A DNA stretch of 64,000 nucleotides from the IMG/VR virus record IMGVR_UViG_3300033143_003851, positions 9,904 to 73,903 of that record, one strand, 5' to 3'. The notes under the pieces are model-generated. The model had not been told where the DNA came from, made no database searches, and saw only the letters and a program-made list of their open reading frames with translations. The stretch's first letter is position 1, and the number at the start of each line of letters is the position of its first letter. This document shows, piece after piece, positions 47,300 through 57,608 of the stretch. The DNA comes from a virus. A program made the translations under genes and the position numbers.

Positions 47300-49432
47300 A
47301 TGAGTTTAACCGTTGCTGGATTTAGTGGACCTTTAACAAATAAACATATGCGTCATAGTAAGTGGCGAAAGTTTGTTGTTATGGCCATCAATGATATGGT
47401 GATTGATTCAATTACGCTTGATAGCGGAGAAACAATTACATTGGCTGATGTTGTGATTGATGATGATGCCACTAATGACCAGCTTGATTTTAATGTTAAC
47501 GACGCAGGACATACGCTGCGTCTTATTAATGCAGGTGCTGGAGATTTTGATTTTAATACAGATGGAGATATAGTTGCTGCTAGTGATATTACTAGCACAG
47601 CTGGTACTATTGAGACATCAGCTGGTGTTATCAATATTAAACACGCAACTCCTAGTTTAGATATCTATGATACTAGCTGTACTGACGACGAAGTTAGTGC
47701 TCAGGTATTAGCTGCTGCTACTGATACATCTACAACTGCTGAAGATGTGGATGTAACACTTAAACAGAAAATTGCTGGAACACTTACGGCATTTTTAACA
47801 TCAGATGCAGATGGCGATATTACTCTTGGATCTGGTCGATCAGTGGTTGCAGACGGAGGCGGAAGCCTTACTGGAACTTGGTCTGATCTTGGTGATGTTA
47901 CTACAATTAATATTGATGGAGGTTCTATTGATGGAACAACGCTTGGAGCTGCTTCGGCATCTTCAGCTATCGTAACATCTGCTTCGATTGAGGGGGCAGC
48001 TCCTACATTAACATTTAAGGATACAGACTGTACTGATGCAGATGCCAATGCTACTATCCTCGCACAAGCTACAGATACCGGAACCGGTGCCGAAGATGTT
48101 GATGTTACATTCAGTCAACAGATTGCGGGCGCTCCTACAGCGTTTTTAACTTCTGACGCTGATGGTAATATTACTTTCGGAACTGGTAGACCACTTGTTG
48201 CTGATGGTGGGGGTTCTCTTACAGGAACTTGGTCCGACCTTGGAGCAGTAACTACTGTGGATATTAATGGCGGAACTGTTGATAATATTTCTACTTTATC
48301 TGTTGAGTCTGCAACTCCTAGTCTGGATTTAAAAGATTCTAGTTGCACAGATGCTGATGTTAATGCTCAGATTTTAGTGGCTGCTACGGCTACTGGAACA
48401 GGGGCAGAGAATATTGATGTTACTATTACACAGCAAATTAGTGGGACACCTACAGATGCTGTGTTGTTTGATGCAGATGGTGATATTGCTTTCGATAGTA
48501 CACGGACCGTTACAACTGGAGCACTTACTGGCACAGCTATTACAAGTACAAGCTTGCCTGGTCGAATCTTCGATTCTGTGGTTTCCTTAGACGAAACTTG
48601 GGGAATTGTTGCCGATAATGGGGTTGCTTGTGGATATGTTGGTGGTATGTCTGCTGAGATCTATACTGTCGATACTGCATATAAAACATATCGGTATGAT
48701 TATGGAACTGGGACAGACACATATACAGACTTAAGTAATGGTGGAACTTTACAGGAAGCTGCTGAAGAGGTTGGTGATGCTACTGTTCTAGTGTGCACAA
48801 GTCAATTTGCTGCTGTTAATTTCTTAAGTTCACAGTTAGCAACTTGGGGCGCTAATGGTGGATTATGGGAGTATGCTACTGCTGCCGATACTTTTGCTAC
48901 GCTTACATTTATCGAAGATAATACTGATGCTATTGATGAAGCTACTGGTCTGCGAGCAATGTCTCAAGATGGTGTAATGACCTTTATTCCGCCTACCAAT
49001 TGGTGGTCTGGTATTCATACAGCTAATACAGGAGCTACATTAGCTGCTGGATATGCTATTCGATATAGAATTACAGCAACTCAGCTAACACAGCCTGCAA
49101 TTGCTCATGCTGGTGGTCGAGGTTTAATACCTGTTGGAATTACAGCCAATACGGGGCATAGATATGATATGGCGGGCACTTTGTCTAAATTAAATATCCA
49201 TGCTGGAACTATTTCAGCTGCAAATGCTGATACTAAGTTCTGCGTGCATAATATTACTCAGAATACTTGGGGCGCTGAACAGACATGGACCAAACAAAAT
49301 CGGCATTTCTATATTGCTGATATTGCTGAGTCGATTACTGCTGGAGATGAGATTTGTGTGCTCGTTACGCAGGAAGATGGAACCACAGAATATGCTGGTG
49401 TGTCTTTCCATATGAAAATGGTAGAGGCATAA
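47300..49432 (+). CDS. Acidic repeat-containing virion fibre/decoration protein
   Basis: Three internal repeats (P.L...D..CTD....A..LA.AT.T....E..DVT..Q.I.G..T.....DADG.I); C-terminal domain shared with 49703..50713. Confidence 0.7.
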   Translation: MSLTVAGFSGPLTNKHMRHSKWRKFVVMAINDMVIDSITLDSGETITLADVVIDDDATNDQLDFNVNDAGHTLRLINAGAGDFDFNTDGDIVAASDITSTAGTIETSAGVINIKHATPSLDIYDTSCTDDEVSAQVLAAATDTSTTAEDVDVTLKQKIAGTLTAFLTSDADGDITLGSGRSVVADGGGSLTGTWSDLGDVTTINIDGGSIDGTTLGAASASSAIVTSASIEGAAPTLTFKDTDCTDADANATILAQATDTGTGAEDVDVTFSQQIAGAPTAFLTSDADGNITFGTGRPLVADGGGSLTGTWSDLGAVTTVDINGGTVDNISTLSVESATPSLDLKDSSCTDADVNAQILVAATATGTGAENIDVTITQQISGTPTDAVLFDADGDIAFDSTRTVTTGALTGTAITSTSLPGRIFDSVVSLDETWGIVADNGVACGYVGGMSAEIYTVDTAYKTYRYDYGTGTDTYTDLSNGGTLQEAAEEVGDATVLVCTSQFAAVNFLSSQLATWGANGGLWEYATAADTFATLTFIEDNTDAIDEATGLRAMSQDGVMTFIPPTNWWSGIHTANTGATLAAGYAIRYRITATQLTQPAIAHAGGRGLIPVGITANTGHRYDMAGTLSKLNIHAGTISAANADTKFCVHNITQNTWGAEQTWTKQNRHFYIADIAESITAGDEICVLVTQEDGTTEYAGVSFHMKMVEA

Positions 49433-49452
49433 TAATAAAAGGTGAATAATAA

Positions 49453-49716
49453 ATGGCTAAAATTCGATTTAAATCTGGTCGAGTTTTGGAGACCGAGAGA
49501 AATGCACTCCGCATTCCTAAGGAAGGAGAAGAGCCTACTGAGATTAAACTCTATGAAGAAGGCTCGGCTCCTGTTCCTTATGAGGTTGAAGAAAAAATTC
49601 GAGCAGTTTTAGAAGATATAGAAGACGACCCAAAAACTTGTCCTATTTGCGGGAAAAAGTTTAAAACAGCTAGAGGTTGTAAAACACATATTCGTATGAA
49701 GCATGGGGGCAACTAA
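49453..49716 (+). CDS. C2H2 Zn-finger protein
   Basis: CPICGKKFKTARGCKTHIRMKH. Confidence 0.8.
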   Translation: MAKIRFKSGRVLETERNALRIPKEGEEPTEIKLYEEGSAPVPYEVEEKIRAVLEDIEDDPKTCPICGKKFKTARGCKTHIRMKHGGN

Positions 49717-50713
49717 AATGGCTTATCATAAATCATATAAGCAGTTTTTATCAATAGATGATGTTTCAGCAACAACTGGATTTTTATTAGTTGATAAATC
49801 AGATACGACAAACTGGCCCCACAATACTCCAACTAGTGGAACAATTGGTCATGTTGTTATTGATGATATATGTGGTCATATTAATTTTGGTGCAGCTTCT
49901 GGTGCTAATGGGCATCTTAATATTGGCGTAATTAAAACTATTTATGATATTCCAGCTAGTCATCTAGTATATATTTATGACTATGGTGGGGGAACAGATA
50001 CCATATCTGTTATATCAGCTGGTGGAAACCTAACTGTTTCTGCTACTGGTGAAGAGATTGGAGACGCCACAATATTAGTTGCTCCTACACAATTTAACGT
50101 ATTTAATGTTGATGTAGCTACTGGAACAACTTGGGGAGGAGCAGGCGGAAAATGGCAATATGCTACTGCTGCAAATACTTGGTCTGATTTAACTATTATT
50201 ACCGACGGGTCAATCAGCGCTACTGATTCACTTGAACAAGATGGTACTGTAAAATTTGTTATGCCTACTGATTGGGTATCGGTAGCGCACACAGCTAATA
50301 CAGGATCAACAACTGCTGGATATGCAATTCGGTTTGTATTAACTGCAACTCAACTTACTCAACAGGCAATAGCACAGGCGGGAACTTTTGGATTAATTCC
50401 TGCAGCCTCATCTATAGTTAACTGGTTTACACGCTATCATGGAGAAAATGGTCAATATACTAATGTAGTGCTCTGTATAAAACCGATTTTAATGCCAATA
50501 GATCCACTTGCTCTTAATGTGGGGTTTGGTCTTCCACAGGAATCTCAAACACTTGGCGGAGCCGAAACTTATGTAGCAAATGGAACTACTATGTCTAGTC
50601 CGTATGGCGATAAAACTGCACTAGCAGTTGGAGATGTTGTTTTGAAAACATGTATTTCTACAGGAACCATGCGTTTTACAATTGGTATTGAATATCACAT
50701 TGAAAATGGTTAG
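49703..50713 (+). CDS. Virion beta-sandwich protein
   Basis: Shares a ~140-aa domain with 47300..49432; start probably 49718. Confidence 0.65.
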   Translation: MGATKMAYHKSYKQFLSIDDVSATTGFLLVDKSDTTNWPHNTPTSGTIGHVVIDDICGHINFGAASGANGHLNIGVIKTIYDIPASHLVYIYDYGGGTDTISVISAGGNLTVSATGEEIGDATILVAPTQFNVFNVDVATGTTWGGAGGKWQYATAANTWSDLTIITDGSISATDSLEQDGTVKFVMPTDWVSVAHTANTGSTTAGYAIRFVLTATQLTQQAIAQAGTFGLIPAASSIVNWFTRYHGENGQYTNVVLCIKPILMPIDPLALNVGFGLPQESQTLGGAETYVANGTTMSSPYGDKTALAVGDVVLKTCISTGTMRFTIGIEYHIENG

Positions 50714-50722
50714 GTGTAATAG

Positions 50723-51235
50723 TTGGCTGTAGATAATATCAACACAATGTTTAGAAATATTTCAGAGTTAGATACTACTGATATCCCTGATGTAAATTTA
50801 CAAGCTACATATATACCATTAGGTTTACAATATCTTAATAAGATGTGTCGGGTAGATTATACAATATCTGATTATACTGCTGGGACAGTGGGAACTGTGG
50901 AGATTAATGATACAGATGTAGGTAATATAATTGACCATATTTGTGCCAACATCACAGCTTACTTTGCTTGGACCACACATAGGATGAATTTTACTATAAG
51001 AAATAGTCGTGATTTTCCTGTGCCAGATGAGTTTTTAAGAAACGCTTGGCAACTTATGGCGGTTGTATATGATGATGTTGTTGTGTTTAATGACAAGTTA
51101 GCATACTATATTCCAGCCGATAAACTACATGATACGCCAGATGCGTATATGACATGTGTGGTTGGAGACTCTACAAAAGAAGGTGGTTTTAGATCAGTTG
51201 ATGCTAATCAAAGTGTATCAGGCAGGGATAGGTAA
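50723..51235 (+). CDS. Putative head-tail adaptor
   Basis: Size, helical character and position; TTG start with AGGTG RBS. Confidence 0.5.
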   Translation: MAVDNINTMFRNISELDTTDIPDVNLQATYIPLGLQYLNKMCRVDYTISDYTAGTVGTVEINDTDVGNIIDHICANITAYFAWTTHRMNFTIRNSRDFPVPDEFLRNAWQLMAVVYDDVVVFNDKLAYYIPADKLHDTPDAYMTCVVGDSTKEGGFRSVDANQSVSGRDR

Positions 51236-51708
51236 TGGCAAATGTATCATGGAACGATGTGTTGGACGACATTAAAGCGCAACTTACAACTCAGGACGAT
51301 AGCACAGAATATCTCGAAAATTTTAATATTTATGACTATAACGATGCTCAAAGTAGCGACTATTATTGCAAAACACCTTATGTTATGATTGGATATGGTA
51401 TAATAAACGATGGGCCCACATTTTTATCAGGCCAAACTAAGTCTGGTATTAATTTTGTTTTCAGGTTTGTTATAGACCATAAGACTACTATCACAGATAT
51501 TTCTGAGTCAGGAGATAGGTTAATAGGATATATTTTACAAGAGCATAAGAAATTTTTACGCACGCTGACATTTACAAATTCAGGTGCTGTAATTGTGAGT
51601 AGGAAAGACTTAAGTATTATAGAAGTTGGGTCAAAAAAGGAAAATAATGACCTTTTATACGAGGCAAGGTGCCAGTGGCTGGTTGAAATACTGGATGAGA
51701 CATTATAG
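51235..51708 (+). CDS. Putative tail terminator/completion protein
   Basis: Size and position before tail-tube genes; TPYVMI motif. Confidence 0.5.
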   Translation: MANVSWNDVLDDIKAQLTTQDDSTEYLENFNIYDYNDAQSSDYYCKTPYVMIGYGIINDGPTFLSGQTKSGINFVFRFVIDHKTTITDISESGDRLIGYILQEHKKFLRTLTFTNSGAVIVSRKDLSIIEVGSKKENNDLLYEARCQWLVEILDETL

Positions 51709-51719
51709 GAGAGTGAAGC

Positions 51720-52637
51720 ATGGTAAAGAAAATACTTGGTGGAAAAACTGTTCATTTTTACCTTAATGGGTATAGGCAGCTTTTAATAGAAAGCCTTAGC
51801 TTTACTCATGGAAATAAACTTGAGGAAATTCAAGTTTTAGATGACCAGTACCCAAGGAGAAGAAAAATTAAAGATGAGGGTGATGGTGAAATTGTATTTG
51901 TTGCTGGAGATGCCGACGATGGTTATGGAACGATGGAGTTAATTTCATATGTTTTAGGCCACCGATCTTGGGATGCTACAACTGCAGATGCAGATACGTG
52001 GGATATTACAAGTGATTCTTTAGTGGTTGGTACTGATGGTAATATGAAGAGATATATGTATCATCAGCAAACGGATGACACAGGTTCTGGGACAAATATT
52101 GTGCAAGGTGGGGCAACTGAAACTCTTACATATACTGTTCGAGGTGAGGAAATTGATAAAATTGCCCTTAAGTTATCTCTCACCGCAAATATGTCTACTG
52201 GACATATTAAAATAACTGGAACAGACTCTAATGTTATTAGATATATTAATAATGCAGATTTAACAGATGGTTTTAATTTATATACTTTATATACTACTGG
52301 TGGTGGATCTACCGAAGGTAGCATTACAACATATTCTGGATCTATGGTTCCTGGGACAATTGATACTCTGACTCTTGAGGTTGATGGAGCTGGGGGAGAT
52401 GATTGTACTATTGATGGAAATGTTGGAGACGATAATCCTTGGTTCTGGATGAGACAATATAATGCAAATCATCTTGATTTAGAAGTTCGAGTTTATAATG
52501 AAGATGAGTCGGTTTATATGAAGTATGTATTTAATAGAGTCTGGATAATGCCTGGAAGTATTGAGATGGGTAGTGAAAAGGCTTTAAGAGGAAAAATTAG
52601 TTTTATGTATGAAGGTTATACAATAACGGAGGTTTAA
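51720..52637 (+). CDS. Putative tail tube protein 1 with inserted domain
   Basis: Beta-rich; paralogous to 52640..53314. Confidence 0.55.
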   Translation: MVKKILGGKTVHFYLNGYRQLLIESLSFTHGNKLEEIQVLDDQYPRRRKIKDEGDGEIVFVAGDADDGYGTMELISYVLGHRSWDATTADADTWDITSDSLVVGTDGNMKRYMYHQQTDDTGSGTNIVQGGATETLTYTVRGEEIDKIALKLSLTANMSTGHIKITGTDSNVIRYINNADLTDGFNLYTLYTTGGGSTEGSITTYSGSMVPGTIDTLTLEVDGAGGDDCTIDGNVGDDNPWFWMRQYNANHLDLEVRVYNEDESVYMKYVFNRVWIMPGSIEMGSEKALRGKISFMYEGYTITEV

Positions 52638-52639
52638 TT

Positions 52640-53314
52640 ATGGCAAAGACTATTTTGGATGGTTCACGGATTTCTGTTGGTGTGGGATTAGAGGCAGTTG
52701 GAGAAAACTCTACAACAGCCGTTACACTTACTGCTGCTAATGCTGAGGATGCAACTAGAGTTGGCGGACTTGGACTTGGGTGCGCTACTGGTGTTACGCT
52801 CTATACTATACCTTTAGTAGAGTCTGCTACTCTTGATGTGTTTCAAAAAGACACTGAGGAGTTCCAAACAATTGATGATAATTATATAAAGCGAAGAGAG
52901 ATTAGAGACAACGGTTCAGTTAGTATTACATTTGTGGCTTTTGATGATGCTGATACTGGTGATCTTACTACAGTAGATGCATTTAATTGGGAATATGCTC
53001 ATTTAAATTTCCCATATGGTCTTTCTGATGTCAGTGCTGGCCATGCTGGAACATATAGCGTATTAGATGATACAGTTGCCAGTAGTGGACATGACTATGA
53101 CATTACAGGATATTGCGTTGAGATTGAAGTTAAAGACGATGTCGGAACAGGTAAGATGTTATACATATTACATAACTGTAGGATGAGTTTATCTTGTGAA
53201 ACTGGCTATCAGAAAGCTCAAAGATATACTGTTAAGTTTGAGGACGCTAGAACTATTGAGATCACAAACGCTGCTAAAGCGAGTCCTTGGGTTCATCTGC
53301 ACAGTTACTCGTAG
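52640..53314 (+). CDS. Putative tail tube protein 2
   Basis: ES.......EE.Q..DD.Y..RR.I.D.G...I.FVA shared with the previous gene; LYILHNC. Confidence 0.55.
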   Translation: MAKTILDGSRISVGVGLEAVGENSTTAVTLTAANAEDATRVGGLGLGCATGVTLYTIPLVESATLDVFQKDTEEFQTIDDNYIKRREIRDNGSVSITFVAFDDADTGDLTTVDAFNWEYAHLNFPYGLSDVSAGHAGTYSVLDDTVASSGHDYDITGYCVEIEVKDDVGTGKMLYILHNCRMSLSCETGYQKAQRYTVKFEDARTIEITNAAKASPWVHLHSYS

Positions 53315-53358
53315 TAAAGTTTATATATAGAATTGAACAAGAAATATATGGTGATTTT

Positions 53359-53754
53359 TTGCCCAAAGGTAAAAAAAATAGTATCTCGGATTTATATAAT
53401 AGATTACCAGAGTTTGAGGAATATAAGTTAGACAGCGGAAATGTTTTTACTATTAGGAGACCAACTCTGGGAGATTGCAAACTGATCTCTAATAAGGCTA
53501 AGTTATATCAGGAAAAGTTATCTGATAACTCATATGCTTTCTTAGCGTGGCAACTCTCAGAGTTTTTGGTTGCTATTAATGGCGACCCAGTTGAAGAAAC
53601 ATGGGGAGAAAGCGAGTATATTGATTTTATAACTGATATTCTTAACCCTACAGATGCTCACGGCTTAACATCTGCATTTCTTGAATTACAAGGTGTCTCA
53701 AAAGAGCGACAGGAACAACTGTTATCGGATTTCAAGTTAACCCCGCCGAAATGA
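53359..53754 (+). CDS. Putative tail assembly chaperone
   Basis: FTIRRPTLGD motif; TTG start after GGTGA; TATA at about 53319. Confidence 0.6.
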   Translation: MPKGKKNSISDLYNRLPEFEEYKLDSGNVFTIRRPTLGDCKLISNKAKLYQEKLSDNSYAFLAWQLSEFLVAINGDPVEETWGESEYIDFITDILNPTDAHGLTSAFLELQGVSKERQEQLLSDFKLTPPK

Positions 53755-54083
53755 ACATACTGATTTCATGTATGAAGTGGGGGATACCACTGAAGCGATC
53801 ACTGATATTTAGGCACAGAATACCGAAAAAGATTATACCAATTCAATGTAATGGTCAGATAATAGAGTATAAGTTTGAATATACTATGGAAGATGAGGTT
53901 ATTACAGATACTTGGTCATTAGAATATATGGAACCAGAACTACTTGTGGGTGTAACACAGGCACTCAGCACTTATATTGAAAAAATTGAGGCCCCTCTGC
54001 ATGGTGCTACATCAGAAGGGGGTGTGAACGCAGGAGGAGACTTGAAAAAGGCTCAAAAAGAACTTGAAAAATCCACAAGGTAG
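53751..54083 (+). CDS. Hypothetical tail-region protein
   Basis: ATGA overlap with the chaperone gene. Confidence 0.5.
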   Translation: MNILISCMKWGIPLKRSLIFRHRIPKKIIPIQCNGQIIEYKFEYTMEDEVITDTWSLEYMEPELLVGVTQALSTYIEKIEAPLHGATSEGGVNAGGDLKKAQKELEKSTR

Positions 54084-55089
54084 TTTAATGACACTGACGG
54101 CTAAACAAATGGGAGGGGGGTTTCTCCCCCAAACTAAAGCAGGAACCTATAATAAATCACTAGGTATTAATTTTACCGTTGAGATTCATGATAGGATTAC
54201 TCCCTCCTGCGACACTATTGGAGAAGGTTGGAAGGGGGCATATACACACTGGCCTGCATATTCTTCTATGCGAACAGATATGTTTTTAGCGGGCCAGTCC
54301 CAACTTCCGCCTATCCACACATATATATGGGAAGAATATCACGCAAAAGGGCGTGGTAGGTGGCAAGATAAATCCACACCATATGGAAGATACTATCCTA
54401 AGCACCTTGTTCAGTATGGGAACCTTGAGGATTCTATTAATAACTTAAGGTGGTATCCTCAAGATGTTTTAGATACAGGCACCAGATCATATATATATGG
54501 TAAGATGCAACAATCTGCAATATGGGGAGATGACATATGGACTATCAAACTAAAGCTAGGACAGTATTTTGGAAATTATCCTAGAAAGTTTGGACCTAAA
54601 AAAGGTAAAGGTGTCGGATATGTTTGGTTGCAGGAATTTGGTTGGGGGGTTCCTAAGAAGTCATTTATTATACCTGCACTAAGGCGAGCAGCTATTGATT
54701 ATAAAATAGGATTTGATGCCAGTGTGTTTGCTGCTAAAGAGATATTAGAAAATACTAAAAGGTCTGGTGTTAAATCTAGGATTACTAGGAGCAGAGTTAG
54801 TGGGCCTATTAGTACCGCTAATATAGGAGTGATTGGTAAATCTAGTATCAGTATGGGGGCAACAAAAGACACTGGTGGGTTTGATTGGTTTAGTTTAATA
54901 TGGTGGATATTACCCACCCATAGATATATGTCTATTATGGCTGCAGCTAAAGATATTGTGCAACTCGTTCAAACTGGGATCACTGTAGAAATTATGAAAG
55001 ATTGGTTACTAGCGTTGGCCCTTGGTAGTGAAGGATTAACTATTAAAAGCCAAAGAAGGGCATTTAGAAGAGCAATGTATGGAGGTTAA
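54064..55089 (+). CDS. HK97-gp10-like basic tail component
   Basis: GNLEDSI and YVWLQEFG...KSFIIPAL motifs. Confidence 0.5.
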   Translation: MKNPQGSLMTLTAKQMGGGFLPQTKAGTYNKSLGINFTVEIHDRITPSCDTIGEGWKGAYTHWPAYSSMRTDMFLAGQSQLPPIHTYIWEEYHAKGRGRWQDKSTPYGRYYPKHLVQYGNLEDSINNLRWYPQDVLDTGTRSYIYGKMQQSAIWGDDIWTIKLKLGQYFGNYPRKFGPKKGKGVGYVWLQEFGWGVPKKSFIIPALRRAAIDYKIGFDASVFAAKEILENTKRSGVKSRITRSRVSGPISTANIGVIGKSSISMGATKDTGGFDWFSLIWWILPTHRYMSIMAAAKDIVQLVQTGITVEIMKDWLLALALGSEGLTIKSQRRAFRRAMYGG

Positions 55090-55092
55090 AGT

Positions 55093-57144
55093 ATGGTATC
55101 AGCAGCAGCGGAGATTTTTGTCATGGCTCATACTCGCCAGGCAATTGCAGAGATTGATAGATTAAAGTTAACTACAGTCAAGGCATTCTCAATTATTACT
55201 AAAATAGCAGAGTTAGCTGCTGTAGGTTTTGTTGCTATGGCTGGGTCCGTATGGATAGCTTCTAGTGCAGTCAAGTCTTGGCAAACGTCTTTAGTCAATG
55301 CTGCTGCTATTGGTGGGTTAACAGAGAAACAGATGTGGGCTCTTGGAGAAGCTAGTACTGAGGCAGGTAAACAAATTGGATTAGCGTCCGATGTTATAGC
55401 TGAGGGATATGTTCAGCTTACTCGGGCAGGGTTTCAAGATATGAATGACATTATGACATTAAATAATGTTATTATGAGAGCTGCTGTGGCCAACCAAATT
55501 TCATATGCTGAAGCTGCGGAGGTTGTTATTAAGTCTGTTAAGGCATTTAATATTAGTGTAGATGATGCATATGATAAGATTGCTGTGCTTCAGTATGTTG
55601 CTAACCAAACACAGGCAGAGTTTATTGACTTTAATAAAGCACTGACATATGCTGGATCAACTTCATATTTTGCTGGGTTGTCGTTTGAGGAGCTTGCAGC
55701 TATGATGGGGGTTCTGTCAGATATTGCTATGGAGGCAGGTATTGGTGCCAGAGGCCTGAATAGGATGATAATTCAGATGATTGAGGATGTTCCTCGGTTG
55801 GAAAAGTTTTTAGCATCCTTTGGCGTTACAGTCCAAGTTGTTACAGCAGATGGTAGGTTAAACTTAGAGGGTATCATTAATGCCTTCGAGGATATTGATG
55901 TTAGTATGCATGTGTTAGAGGCATCTGCAGAACAATTTAGTATTCGGGCACTTAGGTCTTGGTTAGGTCTTATCAGCCACACAGAAAGATATAATGAATT
56001 GATGCTTGGACTAGGAGATGCCACTAGTTATTTCAATACTACATTTCAAGCACAGATTGAGTCTTTAAGTTATATAACTCAGAGAATTAGTGAACAGTTT
56101 TCAGATGTATTTAAGAAACAGGAAGTTGTTGAGAAACTAGAAAGATTTTTTAATGTGTTGTTATTCTGGCTAGACAAGGCTGGGAAAGGCGGAGCAGAGA
56201 AAATCACAAAAAGTATTATGATGTTTTTCGACGCAGCTATTACTCACTTACCTATTATGCTTAGATTGACAGAACTACTATTCGATAGTTTAAATACATT
56301 TTTACCTTTATTAGTTATGTTTGCTAATGTAGGTATTACACTAACTGATACATTGTCATTTTTAAATGCAAATTTCTTAGAGTTATATATTATTTTTAGT
56401 TTCTTAAAACCTATGTGGACTAGTTTAGTGTTTTTAGCTGAGGCATTTGCTCAATATCAATTAATGTTGGCAGATACTACCTTATTAGGTGCAGGAGCCA
56501 ATGTAATATATTCTAAAAGCTTAGAAAACGTAATGATAGCTGCTAGTGCAGCTGGAGCAGCTGTGGGTAGTCTTATGATGGCAAGCGTTGGGGCTTATAT
56601 GGCTGGTATGATGGCAGCTGGATCTATGGGGGCCCTTAGTGGTGAAATGGTTATGTTATCTATAGCTATAGCCTGGGTTAATGCTGCGATGGCTACATTT
56701 TTAATGTTATCTATGGCAGCCCAAGGAGCCAAAATTGGAATTGGTGGTGCTATTGCTGCAGTAATTATAGCTAGTGCAATTGTTGGCGCTTCTTATCACT
56801 ATGGTAGAGAGGCTGGAAAAGCTCAAAAGAAAAAAAGAGAAGAAGAAATGACAGAGATGGAAGAAGAGATGAGTAAGTGGAGAAGTATAGGCGGATCATA
56901 TGCTATGCCATCTGCTGCTAGTGGAGAACCGTATGTGCCAAGAGATATGCCATACTATGTGCATGAAGGGGAAAGGATTTTAACAAAAGAAGAAAACGCT
57001 AGAATGAGCGCAGCAAGTGAAATGGTAGTTAATATTACAGTTGAAAGCGGAGCCGTTGTAACTCTTGAAGAGTTAAAAGAGTCGGTCCTTGATATTATGA
57101 GAGATGAGTGGAGAAGACAATTAGCTGTTATGAGGGTATTTTAG
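55093..57144 (+). CDS. Tape measure protein (TP901-like core)
   Basis: L.RAGF, ALTYAG, GLSFEELAAMMGVLSD..M.AGIGARGL core, hydrophobic Ala-rich region, VHEGERIL C-terminal motif. Confidence 0.9.
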   Translation: MVSAAAEIFVMAHTRQAIAEIDRLKLTTVKAFSIITKIAELAAVGFVAMAGSVWIASSAVKSWQTSLVNAAAIGGLTEKQMWALGEASTEAGKQIGLASDVIAEGYVQLTRAGFQDMNDIMTLNNVIMRAAVANQISYAEAAEVVIKSVKAFNISVDDAYDKIAVLQYVANQTQAEFIDFNKALTYAGSTSYFAGLSFEELAAMMGVLSDIAMEAGIGARGLNRMIIQMIEDVPRLEKFLASFGVTVQVVTADGRLNLEGIINAFEDIDVSMHVLEASAEQFSIRALRSWLGLISHTERYNELMLGLGDATSYFNTTFQAQIESLSYITQRISEQFSDVFKKQEVVEKLERFFNVLLFWLDKAGKGGAEKITKSIMMFFDAAITHLPIMLRLTELLFDSLNTFLPLLVMFANVGITLTDTLSFLNANFLELYIIFSFLKPMWTSLVFLAEAFAQYQLMLADTTLLGAGANVIYSKSLENVMIAASAAGAAVGSLMMASVGAYMAGMMAAGSMGALSGEMVMLSIAIAWVNAAMATFLMLSMAAQGAKIGIGGAIAAVIIASAIVGASYHYGREAGKAQKKKREEEMTEMEEEMSKWRSIGGSYAMPSAASGEPYVPRDMPYYVHEGERILTKEENARMSAASEMVVNITVESGAVVTLEELKESVLDIMRDEWRRQLAVMRVF

Positions 57145-57608
57145 TGGCATGGAGTTTAGAGTGTGATACTACTGGAGACGGGACATTTAATGATACTCTA
57201 TCACAAATATTACTAATTCAAAACGATGCTAGTATGGCAGAGAGTTTTTCAATTGGATATTTTAACCCTAAAAGAACTAACTATGCTAATGATGACTCCA
57301 CAGATATATTATTTGCCCACAAACATACGAATAAAACATTTTCTGTTACGTTATTTACAAACTTTGATGGAATATTGAAATTAACTTATTGGCACATGCT
57401 GGCATGCGATAGCGACACATGGGATGGTTATAACTATTATAGTAACCCAGCTGGTGTTGTGAGAATATTAAAAGATTCTAATACCTTAGCTATAGTGGAC
57501 CATATATATGCATTTGCCATAATTACAGACATAACATTTATAAATAGAGTCGGAGATACAGAGAGGATTGTTGCAGACGTTACTTTTAAAACTTTGAGGT
57601 ATAAATAA
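57108..57608 (+). CDS. Putative distal tail protein
   Basis: Beta-rich, follows the tape measure; probable GTG start at 57144. Confidence 0.45.
   Translation: MEKTISCYEGILVAWSLECDTTGDGTFNDTLSQILLIQNDASMAESFSIGYFNPKRTNYANDDSTDILFAHKHTNKTFSVTLFTNFDGILKLTYWHMLACDSDTWDGYNYYSNPAGVVRILKDSNTLAIVDHIYAFAIITDITFINRVGDTERIVADVTFKTLRYK

Noticed and set aside
53730-53760. Programmed -1 frameshift in the tail assembly chaperone
   Set aside because: No clear X-XXY-YYZ heptamer near the stop; the ATGA overlap explains the downstream ORF.
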